This document shows, one piece after another, positions 27,006-37,015 of a DNA stretch of 64,000 nucleotides; positions within the stretch are counted from its first letter, which is position 1, and each line of letters opens with the position of its first letter. The position numbers and the translations under genes were made by a program. Below the pieces are notes generated by a model that did no database searches, was not told where the DNA came from, and worked only from the letters and a program-made list of their open reading frames with translations. Source of the DNA: Candidatus Peregrinibacteria bacterium (lineage in GTDB: Bacteria > Patescibacteriota > Gracilibacteria > UBA1369); contig OY970195.1 in NCBI GenBank assembly GCA_963708185.1, positions 224,001 through 288,000 of the forward strand, in the 5' to 3' direction.

Positions 27006-28633
27006 CTATATTTTACCATAGATTTTTTTTATTTTTTGGAGGACGTACCAGAATCCCGCGCCGCCGGGAGGAATCAATCCAAGATAGTACCAGGGCGAAG
27101 CATTGGTGTCTGAAGCCGGCGACGAACCGATGATTTCATATTTTTTGAGGATGAGGTTGTTGGTCTGTTGTTGCGTGGAAGAGGATTGGGCGTTTGCAGG
27201 ATCCGAAGTTGAAGCCTCCGGGGCTGAAGGGAGATCTGTCGCAAGAATTTTGATTTGAGAACCTTTGACGAAGGTCGCTTTCGCCAAAGGCCCTGCCAGC
27301 AGCGATTCATCAAAAGTCACCGTGTAGTTTGTGCCGTTGTCCGTCCTTAAGGGAAAGCTGTACGTGTCTCCGAAGTCGGCGTCGGACGTGATTTCACCGG
27401 AAAGTTCCAGATACACGGGATTCGGCTGGCCGGGAGTCGGTTGATTTTCCCAGATCCATTGGGAGTCGGTTGAACCGTCTTCCTTGGATATGAGGATATT
27501 GGCATAGGATTGGGCTTTCGGAGCTTCATCGTATTCAACGGTCTGGAGAAGTTTCCCGGTGGGATCGAAGAGGCGGACCTGGTCTTTGGTATTATTGAGC
27601 GAGAGTTTCGAATCCGAAGCTTTGATGAGGTAGGTGCTTTGTGGAGCGATGCTGATGCTGTCCCCAAGGACGTAGGGTTTGCTTCCTCCTTCCGCGTCGT
27701 CGACCTGCCAGTTGCCCATATTTATCGTATCGCTGCCTCTGTTGGTGAGTTCGATCCATTCGTTGTTGCGGTCGTCGCTCTCGGCATGTGGAAGAATTTC
27801 GGAAATGACGATGTCGTTGCTGAGATCGCCGTTGCGGTAACTTTTGATGCTTTTTGTCGTTGAGGATTTTGACGTGGTGCTTGTCCTTGTTGTCGAGGCC
27901 GCTTTTTTGGTCGCCGGCTTCGGGACTGCGACGGCCGTCGCGGAAGTTTGCTTTGTCGGAATCGTTGTTGCTGAAGTTTCTGGTGGCGGGACTTCATTGT
28001 TGGGTTTTCCGGGGGTAGTATCGTCGGTCAGGCTCCAGTCGTCCACGGAATTGCTGTCTCTCATGTTTTTTCTGATCAGACTCTGGTCTGTCCCGATTTT
28101 ATCGCTCGGGAAACAGTCCTTCGGGTCGGCGGATATCCATCCGTGGTTTTGGAAAAGTTTTTCCGTATCGTTGATCTCACTGCTCGTTGGGGTGGCACTG
28201 CTCCAGCACAATGCATCGACGATTTTTCCGTGAGGATCCAGAAGGATGATTTGTTCCGTCGTCGCCGTGCGCCGGAACGGGTCGTGTTGATAACGTGTTT
28301 GCTCTGGTCGTCGGGGGCCTGGTTTTTGAATTGTACAAGAACATACCCTCCGGATTCGATCCAATAGTCTCCGTCGACGGTTTTAAAAATCCCGTCGTCC
28401 TGAAACTTGAAGCCCTTGATGTTGAAAGGTTTTCCGGAAGGGGATGAATAAAAGATCTCGATCCAGTCCGCGGTTTTGTTCTTGATATTCGCTTCGGTGA
28501 TGAGAAGTTTGGCTCCGGGTTCGGCGAACGTTTCCGGCGTTGCAAGGTTTTCGCTGATAGTTTGTGCGAAGGCGTTGTTTCCAAACCATAATATGAAGAG
28601 GAAGGTTTGAAGGAAGATGTTTTTCTTTTTCAT
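27006..28633 (-). CDS. Two-lamin-tail-domain surface protein with C-terminal anchor, interrupted by a 1-nt frameshift near 28270
   Basis: ORF 28633-28076 (signal peptide, 'LLITEAN..ADWIEI') continues as '..TATTEQIILLDPHG' in ORF 28364-27006 ('VISEILP..EWIELTNRG', 'LNNTKDQVRL', 'PTPGQPN'). Confidence 0.8.
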
Positions 28634-28861
28634 GGTTTTTCCATTAATTTTTTTTACCCTACGCTTCCAACCGTGAAATTCTTTTTAAGACTTTCTTAAT
28701 TTTGTGAGGCTCTTTTTGTTAATTTTATTCTTTTGAAATAAAATTAAAGTTTAGTCAATTCAAATTCGAGAGAAAAAAAGAGTCGGGTTCTCGAAAACAA
28801 GCCGTTGGGCAAAAGCCGGGTTTGACTTGCCAGGACATGGTGTTTTATGCTGTTGTTAGTT

Positions 28862-29047
28862 CAAAAGTCACAAGAGGTACTTCGTATGTATTTTCCTTCC
28901 CGGAGGTCCAAAGGAATCCGAACTAAAGCAGTATTTTCCATGATTTCTCTCCAAGTCGAACAACACGGTTTCAGGTTGTTAAAACTGCTAGAATAGCGGG
29001 ATTCTTTCTGTGAAGCGGAAATTCGAATGCACCTTTTGGGATGACCT
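28862..29047 (+). ncRNA. ssrS: Probable 6S RNA
   Basis: About 180-nt rod-like fold (GTCAcAAGAGGT/ACCTTTTgggaTGAC; TTTCC/GGAAA; AAGGAATCC/GGATTCTTT; GCAGT/ACTGC; AACAAC/GTTGTT); upstream TTGACT-18-TATGCT promoter; lies directly upstream of rny, a known 6S synteny. Confidence 0.7.
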
Positions 29048-29068
29048 TATTCCCTTATTTTCAATAAT

Positions 29069-30592
29069 ATGTCTCCAGGTGCAATTGTCATTGCGCTGGT
29101 AGCTCTCGCCCTTGGTGCAGTTGGTGGATACTTTGTCCAGAAGAAGCAAATTGAAGCCAAAAATAAAGATACGATCGATCAGGGAGAGAAGCTCATACAG
29201 CAGGCTCAGGCCAAAGCAAAAGAGATCCTTTATGAAGCAAAGAACGACGCTTTAAAGGAACTTGAAAAACTCAAGGCTGAAGAAGAGAAGAAACGTCAAC
29301 AGTTGGATAAAGTGGAAAGCCGTCTGGTTGAAAAAGAGGAAGCGCTCGATAAGAAAATTCAGGCTTCCGATCAACTTAAAACGGATCTTGATGCCAAAGT
29401 ACTATCGGTCAAGCAGCTCCGGGAGGAGGTCCAGAAAATCCATGATATGCAGTCGGTTGAACTTGAAAAGGTCGCCGCACTTTCCCGCGAGGAAGCGAAG
29501 GCCATTTTGCTCAAACAGGTCGAAGAAGATTCCAGGGCCGAGATCGTGGAACACATTAAACGTTCCGAAAAAGAGCTTATGGACCGGGCCAAGGAAAAAG
29601 CCAAGTTCATTCTCGCTGACGCCATCCAGAAGTACGCAGCCGAGACGGCTACCGAAGCCACCATCACCGTTATCAATTTGCCGAGCGACGATCTGAAAGG
29701 CCGTATTATCGGACGTGAAGGACGCAACATCAACGCTTTTGAGGAAGCGACGGGTATCGACGTCATCGTGGACGATACGCCGGGTTCAATCGTGATTTCA
29801 GGTTTCGACCTGGTGCGTCGCTATATTGCCAAAGTGGCTTTGGAGAAATTGATCGCCGATGGACGCATCCACCCGGCACGCATTGAAGAGACCGTGGAAA
29901 AAACCAAGGAAGAGGTCAACAACATGATCAAGGAACTTGGTGAAAAGGCCGCTTACGAAACGGGAGTGGCCGGACTTCACCCCAACCTTATCAAGCTGTT
30001 GGGCCGTTTGAAGTTCCGCACCAGCTATGGACAGAATGTTTTGAAGCATTCGATGGAGGTTTCTTTCCTGGCCGCCAATCTGGCTTCCGAGCTCGGCGCC
30101 GACGTGAACGTTTGTCGCAAGGCAGGCCTGTTGCATGACATCGGCAAGGCCGTTGATCATGAAATCCAGGGGAACCCCGCCGTCATCGGACGGGATATCG
30201 CCAAGAAGTTCGGTCTTCAGGATAACGTGGCCCGTGCCATTGAAGGTGAAATGGGCGATCCGAACACCGTGACGCTTGAAACCATGATTGTCCAGGCTGC
30301 CAATGCTATTTCCGAATCCAGGCCCGGTGCAAACCGAGAGAATCTTGATTCCTACATCAAGCGTCTTGATGAGCTTGAAAACACCGCAAAATCCTTTGAA
30401 GGTGTCGTTAAAGCGTATGCCATCCAGTCGGGGGCCGAAGTCCGTATTTTCGTTGCTTCGGATGTCGATGATCTTGGCGCGATCAAGTTGAGCCACGACA
30501 TTTCCCGAAAGATCGAACGAGACCTCCAGTATCCCGGGCAGATCAAAGTGACCGTGATCCGCGAGACGCGTTCTGAAGCTTTCGCTGTTTAA
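29069..30592 (+). CDS. rny: Ribonuclease Y (TM, coiled coil, KH, HD) with degenerate HD metal ligands
   Basis: 'KGRIIGREGRNI', 'DGRIHPARIEE', 'FRTSYGQNVLKHS', 'LLHDIGKA', 'YPGQIKVTVIRETR'. Confidence 0.96.
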   Translation: MSPGAIVIALVALALGAVGGYFVQKKQIEAKNKDTIDQGEKLIQQAQAKAKEILYEAKNDALKELEKLKAEEEKKRQQLDKVESRLVEKEEALDKKIQASDQLKTDLDAKVLSVKQLREEVQKIHDMQSVELEKVAALSREEAKAILLKQVEEDSRAEIVEHIKRSEKELMDRAKEKAKFILADAIQKYAAETATEATITVINLPSDDLKGRIIGREGRNINAFEEATGIDVIVDDTPGSIVISGFDLVRRYIAKVALEKLIADGRIHPARIEETVEKTKEEVNNMIKELGEKAAYETGVAGLHPNLIKLLGRLKFRTSYGQNVLKHSMEVSFLAANLASELGADVNVCRKAGLLHDIGKAVDHEIQGNPAVIGRDIAKKFGLQDNVARAIEGEMGDPNTVTLETMIVQAANAISESRPGANRENLDSYIKRLDELENTAKSFEGVVKAYAIQSGAEVRIFVASDVDDLGAIKLSHDISRKIERDLQYPGQIKVTVIRETRSEAFAV

Positions 30593-30604
30593 TTTTCAAC
30601 TGCT

Positions 30605-31453
30605 ATGTCACCAGCCGGCATCAGCAATATCAACGTTGAAGGAGAAAAGCTCCAGCTTGTCCTTGATTCGCTTGGATGGGAGAAAGCCCGCAAGATGGCG
30701 GAAGAACACAAAGTGAAAGCCATGGGGATGCTCCAGTCCTTTCTGTTCCAGCCAAAAAAGGAAGACATCACTATCTCCTACGAGGAAAAACGTTATCAGG
30801 CTTTCTGGCACATTGTCGGAACTTCATTCTTTGAATACAAACGTCGTGCGCGCTATCGCGTGCCCGTCGAAACCGTGGTCGAGGACGTCAACTATGAAGG
30901 AAAGGAGTATAAGGTCGATAAGGAACATACTTTCGGGATTGAAGGGATTGAACATTGCAAGGAAAACTATCGTGAAGAGGTCATGGTGGATGCCCAGACC
31001 GACCAGCCCGGTGATTTTAAGAGGTATCTTCAGTTTCCGGCCAAGGATTTGAAGAGTACCGACGAGCTGACCAAGGACGGAACGCCGGTCGTCAATCTTG
31101 AAACCAAGGCGTCGTTCCTGGTGAGAAAGATTTTGAATCAGCTCGTGAAGCCCATCAAAGCCGATGAGATCCTCGACGAAAAGATCAGCATTGAGACGTT
31201 GAGTCTTTATTTTTACCCGATCTATACGTTTGAGTTTACCTGGGCTGCCAAGAACAAAAAATCTGTCGTGGAGTTTGACGGGGTCACCGGAGAATTGCGC
31301 AAAGGGCGCAAGATCGGAGACCAACTGCGTCACGCTTTCACCAACGACGAACTGTTCGATTTCGCCAAGGAGGTCGCCAATTTTGTTCCCGGAGGCGCGC
31401 TGGCGATGATGGCGGGCAAGAAGGCCATCGAGATGGCGAAGAAAAAGGATTAG
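30605..31453 (+). CDS. Hypothetical protein, probably co-transcribed with rny
   Basis: 282-aa ORF starting 12 nt after rny; typical codon usage. Confidence 0.8.
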   Translation: MSPAGISNINVEGEKLQLVLDSLGWEKARKMAEEHKVKAMGMLQSFLFQPKKEDITISYEEKRYQAFWHIVGTSFFEYKRRARYRVPVETVVEDVNYEGKEYKVDKEHTFGIEGIEHCKENYREEVMVDAQTDQPGDFKRYLQFPAKDLKSTDELTKDGTPVVNLETKASFLVRKILNQLVKPIKADEILDEKISIETLSLYFYPIYTFEFTWAAKNKKSVVEFDGVTGELRKGRKIGDQLRHAFTNDELFDFAKEVANFVPGGALAMMAGKKAIEMAKKKD

Positions 31454-32097
31454 TTTTTTTGTTCCGCAGCTTCCGTTATCAATTTTAAGACGAGCGTTGC
31501 TTGATGCATGGCGTTTTTGCCGATGGGATCGTTGAATAAAACGTTGATCGGTGCTTCGCCGAAATAAAGCTGATGGGAGACCAACAGCGTGATTCTGGCG
31601 TTGCCTTTTTCCGGAGCCGTCAGGCGGGCGAATTCCCATGGGCCGATCTTGGTGATGATGGTTTCACCTTCAGCGAACAGAGCATCTGTGAGTTTTTTTG
31701 ACGCATCGGTCGGAGCGTCCCAGACGATGAGTTTTTCGGAGTGATTGATATAACGGGCCGTTCCGTCTTTGTATGCCGCCAACGTGTCCAGTCCTTCATC
31801 GAGCGCGATTTCAATGATCATCCCGAGCAGTTTTTTGTCCGGTGAAGGATTTCCCATGTCAGCGAGTTTGCGGTAGGCCAGAATTTTGGGGCGAGTCTCG
31901 AGGTTGAGGTTTTCGATGATTTTCTGGAGATCAGCCTGCTTCGGTGAAGCTGAAAAGAGGATGTTCCAGGGATACTGGTCCTGGATGTGGGGAGTTTTGT
32001 AGCGTTCGATCCAGTCGCAAAAAAGCATCTGGTATACACGGTTTATTGCTTCATTGTTATAGGGATCGACGTTGCTTTCGTGATTGGCGTTGGTCAT
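31450..32097 (-). CDS. Hypothetical protein
   Basis: 215-aa ATG ORF ('GLDTLAAYKDGTARYINHS'). Confidence 0.75.
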   Translation of the reverse strand: MTNANHESNVDPYNNEAINRVYQMLFCDWIERYKTPHIQDQYPWNILFSASPKQADLQKIIENLNLETRPKILAYRKLADMGNPSPDKKLLGMIIEIALDEGLDTLAAYKDGTARYINHSEKLIVWDAPTDASKKLTDALFAEGETIITKIGPWEFARLTAPEKGNARITLLVSHQLYFGEAPINVLFNDPIGKNAMHQATLVLKLITEAAEQKN

Positions 32098-32399
32098 GGC
32101 TTAACGTGAATCAATGCGTAGGATCATCGTACTGTTTTTTTGTTTTTGAGCCAATGGCTGGCGTGGCGATCGTTTTGCCAATTGACAATCTGTCTGATTG
32201 CAGTAGGATGGCAATTCCGGAAGGAATGATGATCTTTGACATACAATACGAAATCCGCAGGGAGTTATCTGTCGGCTTAAATCATCCGTCTTCAAGGGAC
32301 CGGAGAAATTTACCGGCAGATATTCTCTCTGCTTGCGTTGAACAATGCTGCCGATCCAACACTATTGACCGGGCAACCGGTTTCAGGCCTCAACAATTT

Positions 32400-32834
32400 A
32401 TGAAAGGACCTCGAACAATGAATAAGAGTGAATGTACAGTTTTGTGGGAAGAGGCGCAGCGTTTCAATGGTGACCTTGCGAGGCACTACGAGACGCTGAA
32501 CTCGGCGCTGCGGAAGGGGGGATTCGTCAATGTGACGATTCTCGAGCGTATGGGGAAGGCTCAGGCCACCCTCTATGCGGCCGTGGATATTCTCTATGAG
32601 AACCACCAGAGCGATAAGAGGTTGACTGCCGAGCAGTGGACCGAGGCGGAGAAGGCGGTCATGGCCTTTTCCGATACTCTCCTGGATGTTTCGCAGGAGC
32701 TTCCGCCCGATTCTTGTCATCTTGATCTTCTTCAGAACATGGGCAGGTGTCACGAACACATGGCTATGAGGCTGGAGAAGCTTCAAAATGCTCAGGATCG
32801 TTCACAGAAAAACGGAGCAGCAACCCTCAACTGA
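32400..32834 (+). CDS. Hypothetical alpha-helical protein
   Basis: Likely start at ATG 32400 or 32418 within the 31944-32834 ORF; followed by a strong hairpin. Confidence 0.6.
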   Translation: MKGPRTMNKSECTVLWEEAQRFNGDLARHYETLNSALRKGGFVNVTILERMGKAQATLYAAVDILYENHQSDKRLTAEQWTEAEKAVMAFSDTLLDVSQELPPDSCHLDLLQNMGRCHEHMAMRLEKLQNAQDRSQKNGAATLN

Positions 32835-32851
32835 ATCAATGCATGCAGAGC

Positions 32852-32881
32852 GCGGGGCCGACGATACGTCGTCGGCCCCGC
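32852..32881 (+). terminator. GC-rich hairpin, probable terminator
   Basis: GCGGGGCCGACGA-TACG-TCGTCGGCCCCGC, 13-bp perfect stem. Confidence 0.7.
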
Positions 32882-32916
32882 TTCTCGCTATAAGGAAATT
32901 CCCGGAGAGTTGATTT

Positions 32917-32984
32917 TTAGCACTTGACCGTTCCGGGTGCTAAAATGTATCATGGTATTAGCAGTCTTTTTTGGAGAGTGCTAG
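32917..32984 (+). promoter_or_regulatory. Tandem CIRCE elements (HrcA operators) at the groESL promoter
   Basis: TTAGCACTT-N9-GGGTGCTAA (32917-32943) and TTAGCAGTC-N9-GAGTGCTAG (32958-32984), against consensus TTAGCACTC-N9-GAGTGCTAA. Confidence 0.9.
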
Positions 32985-33039
32985 TTGAAAAACGGTTCAC
33001 ATATATGTCAAATTTTATTTTTTAATCAATATAAAACCT

Positions 33040-33348
33040 ATGTCAGACACAAAGTCTCATAAACTCCGCCCGTTGGAGGATCGTATCGTGGTAGAGCCGA
33101 TGAGTGAAATGGAAACCACCGCGTCGGGCATCATTATTCCGGACACCGTTTCCAAGGGAAAACCCAAGAAAGGGAAAGTAGTCGCCGTCGGGGAAGGGAA
33201 GTTTGATAACAATGGAAAACGTATTCCCATGGACGTTAAAGTCGGCGATGTTGTTCTTCTTGAAGACTGGGGAGCAACTGAGGTGAAGGTTGAGGGAAGG
33301 GAACTTTATGTTGTGGATGCTGGTCGTGTTTTGGCGATCCTTGAATAG
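33040..33348 (+). CDS. groES: Co-chaperonin GroES
   Basis: 'LRPLEDRIVV', 'TASGIIIPDT', 'GKVVAVGEG', 'VKVGDVV'. Confidence 0.97.
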   Translation: MSDTKSHKLRPLEDRIVVEPMSEMETTASGIIIPDTVSKGKPKKGKVVAVGEGKFDNNGKRIPMDVKVGDVVLLEDWGATEVKVEGRELYVVDAGRVLAILE

Positions 33349-33430
33349 TGGCGCCGCTTTTTTGCAAGCCATTTCAATGCATGGTCGTATAAATTATTTA
33401 TACAATTAATTTCTAACTTTTACATCTATT

Positions 33431-35080
33431 ATGTCAAAACAAATTATCTTCGGTGACAACTCCCGACAGAAAATTATTTCCGGAGTGAATCAACTCGCCC
33501 AGGCGGTGCGGATCACTCTCGGTCCCAAGGGACGCAACGTGATTCTGGATAGAAAATATGGTGCTCCCATGATCACCAACGACGGCGTGACCATTGCCAA
33601 GGAGATTGATCTCAAAGATCCCTATGAAAATATGGGTGCCCAGCTGGTCAAAGAAGTGGCTACCAAGACCAATGACGTCGCGGGTGACGGAACGACGACC
33701 GCGACGGTACTTGCCGCGGCGATTATTGCGGAAGGTCTGCGTAACGTGACCGCCGGTGCCAATCCGGTCCAGCTGAAAAGGGGGATAGATATGGCTACGG
33801 CAAAGGTTTGCGAAGAACTCGACAACATGAAAGTCGAGATCGGTGATTCCAAGGAGAAGATCGCCCAGGTCGCGACGATTTCGGCCCAGGATCCTGAGGT
33901 CGGCAAATTGATCGCCGACGTGCTCGATGAGGTCGGTCATGACGGCGTCATCACGGTTGAAGAATCCCAGGCCATGGGTTTGAGCAAGGAGGTCGTGAAG
34001 GGGATGCAGTTCGACAACGGATATCTTTCCGCCTATATGGTTACCGATGCCGCCCGCATGGAGGCCGTATATGAAGACGTGAAGATTTTGATCACCGACA
34101 AGAAACTTTCTTCGATCCAGGAACTGCTGCCGCTCATCGAAAAAATGGCGCAGGCAGGATATAAAGAGCTCGTCATTATTGCCGAAGACGTCGAAGGTGA
34201 GGCTCTTGCCACTTTTGTGCTGAACAAACTGAAAGGTGTTTTCAACGTTCTTGCCATCAAGGCTCCGGCCTACGGCGACCGCCGCAAGGAGATGCTCCGG
34301 GACATTGCCGCGTTGACCGGTGGAACCGTGATCACGGAAGAGCTCGGTAGAAAAATGGAGAGCGTTGAACTGTCTGATCTTGGTGAAGCCCGCAAAGTGA
34401 TCGCGGATAAAGACAAGACGATCATCGTGGAAGGCAAGGGGGATAAGAAAGACGTGCAGGCTCGCGTTGACGAGATCAAGGTTCTTTTGGAAAAGAGCAG
34501 TTCTGATTTCGACAAAGAAAAACTGCTCGAACGTATGGCCAAGTTGTCCGGGGGGGTCGGCGTGATCAAAGTCGGTGCCGCCACTGAAACCGAGCTCAAG
34601 GAAAAGAAACTTCGCATCGAAGACGCTGTGTCCGCCACCAAAGCCGCCGTTGAGGAAGGCATCGTGCCGGGCGGCGGAGTTTCGCTGCTTCATGCTTCAA
34701 AGGTTCTTGAAAAACTCGAAGGTGATGCCGACGAAACAACCGGTATCCAGATTGTGAAACGAGCGCTTTCTTCTCCGCTTCAGCAGATTGCCGTTAATGC
34801 GGGCAAAGACGGAGCGGTGGTCGTTCATAAAGTCGAGGAATCCAAGCCTGGTATTGGCTACGATGCCGCCAAGGATGAATATGTCGATATGGTCAAAGCC
34901 GGGATCATTGATCCGAAGAAGGTGACGCGTTCCGCATTGCAGAATGCGGCTTCGATCGCGGGAATCTTCCTGACCACCGAGGCAGCCATTACCGATCTTC
35001 CCGAAGAAAAGCCTGAAACTCCGGTCATGCCGGGAGGCATGGGTGGCATGGGAGGCATGGGCGGAATGGGGATGATGTAA
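33431..35080 (+). CDS. groEL: Chaperonin GroEL
   Basis: 'TLGPKGRNV', '[12 protein letters not shown]', GGM-repeat tail. Confidence 0.99.
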   Translation: MSKQIIFGDNSRQKIISGVNQLAQAVRITLGPKGRNVILDRKYGAPMITNDGVTIAKEIDLKDPYENMGAQLVKEVATKTNDVAGDGTTTATVLAAAIIAEGLRNVTAGANPVQLKRGIDMATAKVCEELDNMKVEIGDSKEKIAQVATISAQDPEVGKLIADVLDEVGHDGVITVEESQAMGLSKEVVKGMQFDNGYLSAYMVTDAARMEAVYEDVKILITDKKLSSIQELLPLIEKMAQAGYKELVIIAEDVEGEALATFVLNKLKGVFNVLAIKAPAYGDRRKEMLRDIAALTGGTVITEELGRKMESVELSDLGEARKVIADKDKTIIVEGKGDKKDVQARVDEIKVLLEKSSSDFDKEKLLERMAKLSGGVGVIKVGAATETELKEKKLRIEDAVSATKAAVEEGIVPGGGVSLLHASKVLEKLEGDADETTGIQIVKRALSSPLQQIAVNAGKDGAVVVHKVEESKPGIGYDAAKDEYVDMVKAGIIDPKKVTRSALQNAASIAGIFLTTEAAITDLPEEKPETPVMPGGMGGMGGMGGMGMM

Positions 35081-35098
35081 AGAGATTTGTGATATCCT

Positions 35099-35128
35099 AA
35101 AAGGAGATCTGAAAGGGTCTCCTTTTTT
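35099..35128 (+). terminator. groEL terminator
   Basis: AAAAGGAGATCT-GAA-AGGGTCTCCTTTTTT. Confidence 0.75.
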
Positions 35129-35180
35129 ATTCCATTTTGCTTGCGGGAGTTTTGTGGTATATTTTCATGTAGCAAATTAC

Positions 35181-35699
35181 ATGAACATTTCTATGGCCAT
35201 TTCGCAGAAAAAATCTTCTTCATCCAGTAAATCCAAAAGGGGCAGCGGGTCGGTCCGCGACATTACCGTCAAGAAGATCAAGCGCGAAGACGAAGCCTTC
35301 CGTGTTCACCATATCCATAACGATTCTTCAGATATGCCTTCTGTTGAGCCACTCGTCAGCCCCGCGGCTATTAATAACGAAAAAAAGAGCGTCGAATCCG
35401 AAGTGGAGGAAGCGCTGGCAAGTATCGACAGCGCCCAGGAGAAAGAACAGAACATCGCGGATGTTGAACCGAGAGATTTTGTGAAGGTAAAGTTTGCGAA
35501 ATTCGTTCAGCTCGTCACGAGCCGCGACTGCAGCGACGTGGTCGATGCCAACATCGACGAGGACGTGGTGATGAGTTCGAACCTGCTGACGGAACTTGCC
35601 GGTGCGCATGACGAACGTGAAGAGAAAAAAATTCCCCTGGTTTTTCTGGTTGGCCTCGCCATCGGCGTGGTTCTTACGTACATTTTGATCATGAAATAA
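35181..35699 (+). CDS. Hypothetical protein with C-terminal TM anchor
   Basis: Disordered N-terminus, C-terminal 'IPLVFLVGLAIGVVLTYILIMK'; ends 1 nt before pyrH. Confidence 0.75.
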   Translation: MNISMAISQKKSSSSSKSKRGSGSVRDITVKKIKREDEAFRVHHIHNDSSDMPSVEPLVSPAAINNEKKSVESEVEEALASIDSAQEKEQNIADVEPRDFVKVKFAKFVQLVTSRDCSDVVDANIDEDVVMSSNLLTELAGAHDEREEKKIPLVFLVGLAIGVVLTYILIMK

Positions 35700-35700
35700 C

Positions 35701-36417
35701 ATGGCTAAGAAGCTGAAGTATAAACGCATCCTGTTGAAGCTGTCAGGGGAGGTTCTCCAAGGCGGCAGAGACGGCGGTATTGACTTTAAAGTTGTCCGGG
35801 AACTCTGTAAGGAGGTCGCGGAAGTGAAGAAGCTCGGCGTGGAGATCGCCATCGTCATCGGCGGCGGGAACATCTGGCGCTACCGCGATTCCAAAGATTC
35901 CGGGGTGGACCGCGTGACATCGGATTATATGGGTATGCTCGCCACGATCATGAATTCGATGGCTTTGCAGGATCAGTTCGAAAAGATAGGCATCGGAGCG
36001 CCGATCGGTTCTGCCATCAGCATGCCGATCGTTGTCGGTACCTATTTGAGACCCAAAGCTCTGGATTACCTTAAGAAAGGAAAAGTTTTGATTTGCGCCG
36101 GTGGAACCGGAAACCCTTATTTTACGACGGATACCGCGGGAGCTTTACGAGCCATGGAATTGAATTGCGACATCATGCTCAAAGCCACGAAGGTGGATTT
36201 TGTTTACGATAAAGATCCCATGAAATATAAGGACGCCAAAAAGTTTAAGCATCTCAGCTATCATGAGGTGTTAAGCCGTGAACTCGGCGTGATGGATCTG
36301 GCGGCCGTATCGTTGTGCATGGAGAAGAAACTTCCGATTATGGTCTTTAATCTCCATAAGAAAGGAAACATCGCCCGCGTGGTCAAAGGGGATCAGGTCG
36401 GTACACTTATCAGTTAA
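35701..36417 (+). CDS. pyrH: Uridylate kinase
   Basis: 'RILLKLSGE', 'DYMGMLATIMN', 'GNPYFTTDT'. Confidence 0.97.
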   Translation: MAKKLKYKRILLKLSGEVLQGGRDGGIDFKVVRELCKEVAEVKKLGVEIAIVIGGGNIWRYRDSKDSGVDRVTSDYMGMLATIMNSMALQDQFEKIGIGAPIGSAISMPIVVGTYLRPKALDYLKKGKVLICAGGTGNPYFTTDTAGALRAMELNCDIMLKATKVDFVYDKDPMKYKDAKKFKHLSYHEVLSRELGVMDLAAVSLCMEKKLPIMVFNLHKKGNIARVVKGDQVGTLIS

Positions 36418-36429
36418 TTTTTTACGTCT

Positions 36430-36987
36430 ATGGCCGCAGATATTATTGCCCAGGGTGAAGTTGAAATGAAAAAAGTCATCGAACATCTGAAGACAGAATA
36501 TTCCCATCTGCAGATCGGACGTGCCAGCGCTTCCCTCGTTGAAGGCGTCATGGTTGAAGCCTACGGAACGCATCAGTCTTTGAAAGGGTTGGCCCACATC
36601 TCCGTTCCCGACGCCAAAACCATCCAGATCCAACCTTGGGATAAAAGTACCCTTCAGCCGATCGAAAAGGCCATCATGATGGCGAATATCGGTCTGACTC
36701 CGAATAATGACGGTATCGTCATCCGCATCAATATTCCTCCTCTTACTGAAGAGCGCCGCAAGGATCTCACCAAGGTTGTCCACAAACTTGCCGAGGATGC
36801 CCGCATCAGCGTCCGTCATGCCCGTCAGGGGGTCATGGACAAGATCAAGGCACAGGAAAAGGCCAAGGAGCTCAGTGAAGATGCAGCCGGAGGCCTGGAA
36901 AAGAAACTTCAGGACAAAGTTGATTCCATGAATAAAGAGATTGAGACGTTGGCCAAAAACAAAGAGCATGATGTGATGACGGTCTAG
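36430..36987 (+). CDS. frr: Ribosome recycling factor
   Basis: 'IGRAS', 'IQPWDK', 'PPLTEERRKDL'. Confidence 0.97.
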   Translation: MAADIIAQGEVEMKKVIEHLKTEYSHLQIGRASASLVEGVMVEAYGTHQSLKGLAHISVPDAKTIQIQPWDKSTLQPIEKAIMMANIGLTPNNDGIVIRINIPPLTEERRKDLTKVVHKLAEDARISVRHARQGVMDKIKAQEKAKELSEDAAGGLEKKLQDKVDSMNKEIETLAKNKEHDVMTV

Positions 36988-37015
36988 TCCGGCTCAACAC
37001 GGTATTTCCTCCAGT

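Noticed and set aside
31944-32399. Long N-terminal part of the 296-aa ORF
   Set aside because: It overlaps the opposite-strand gene and the divergent intergenic region; coding-like composition starts only near ATG 32400-32418.
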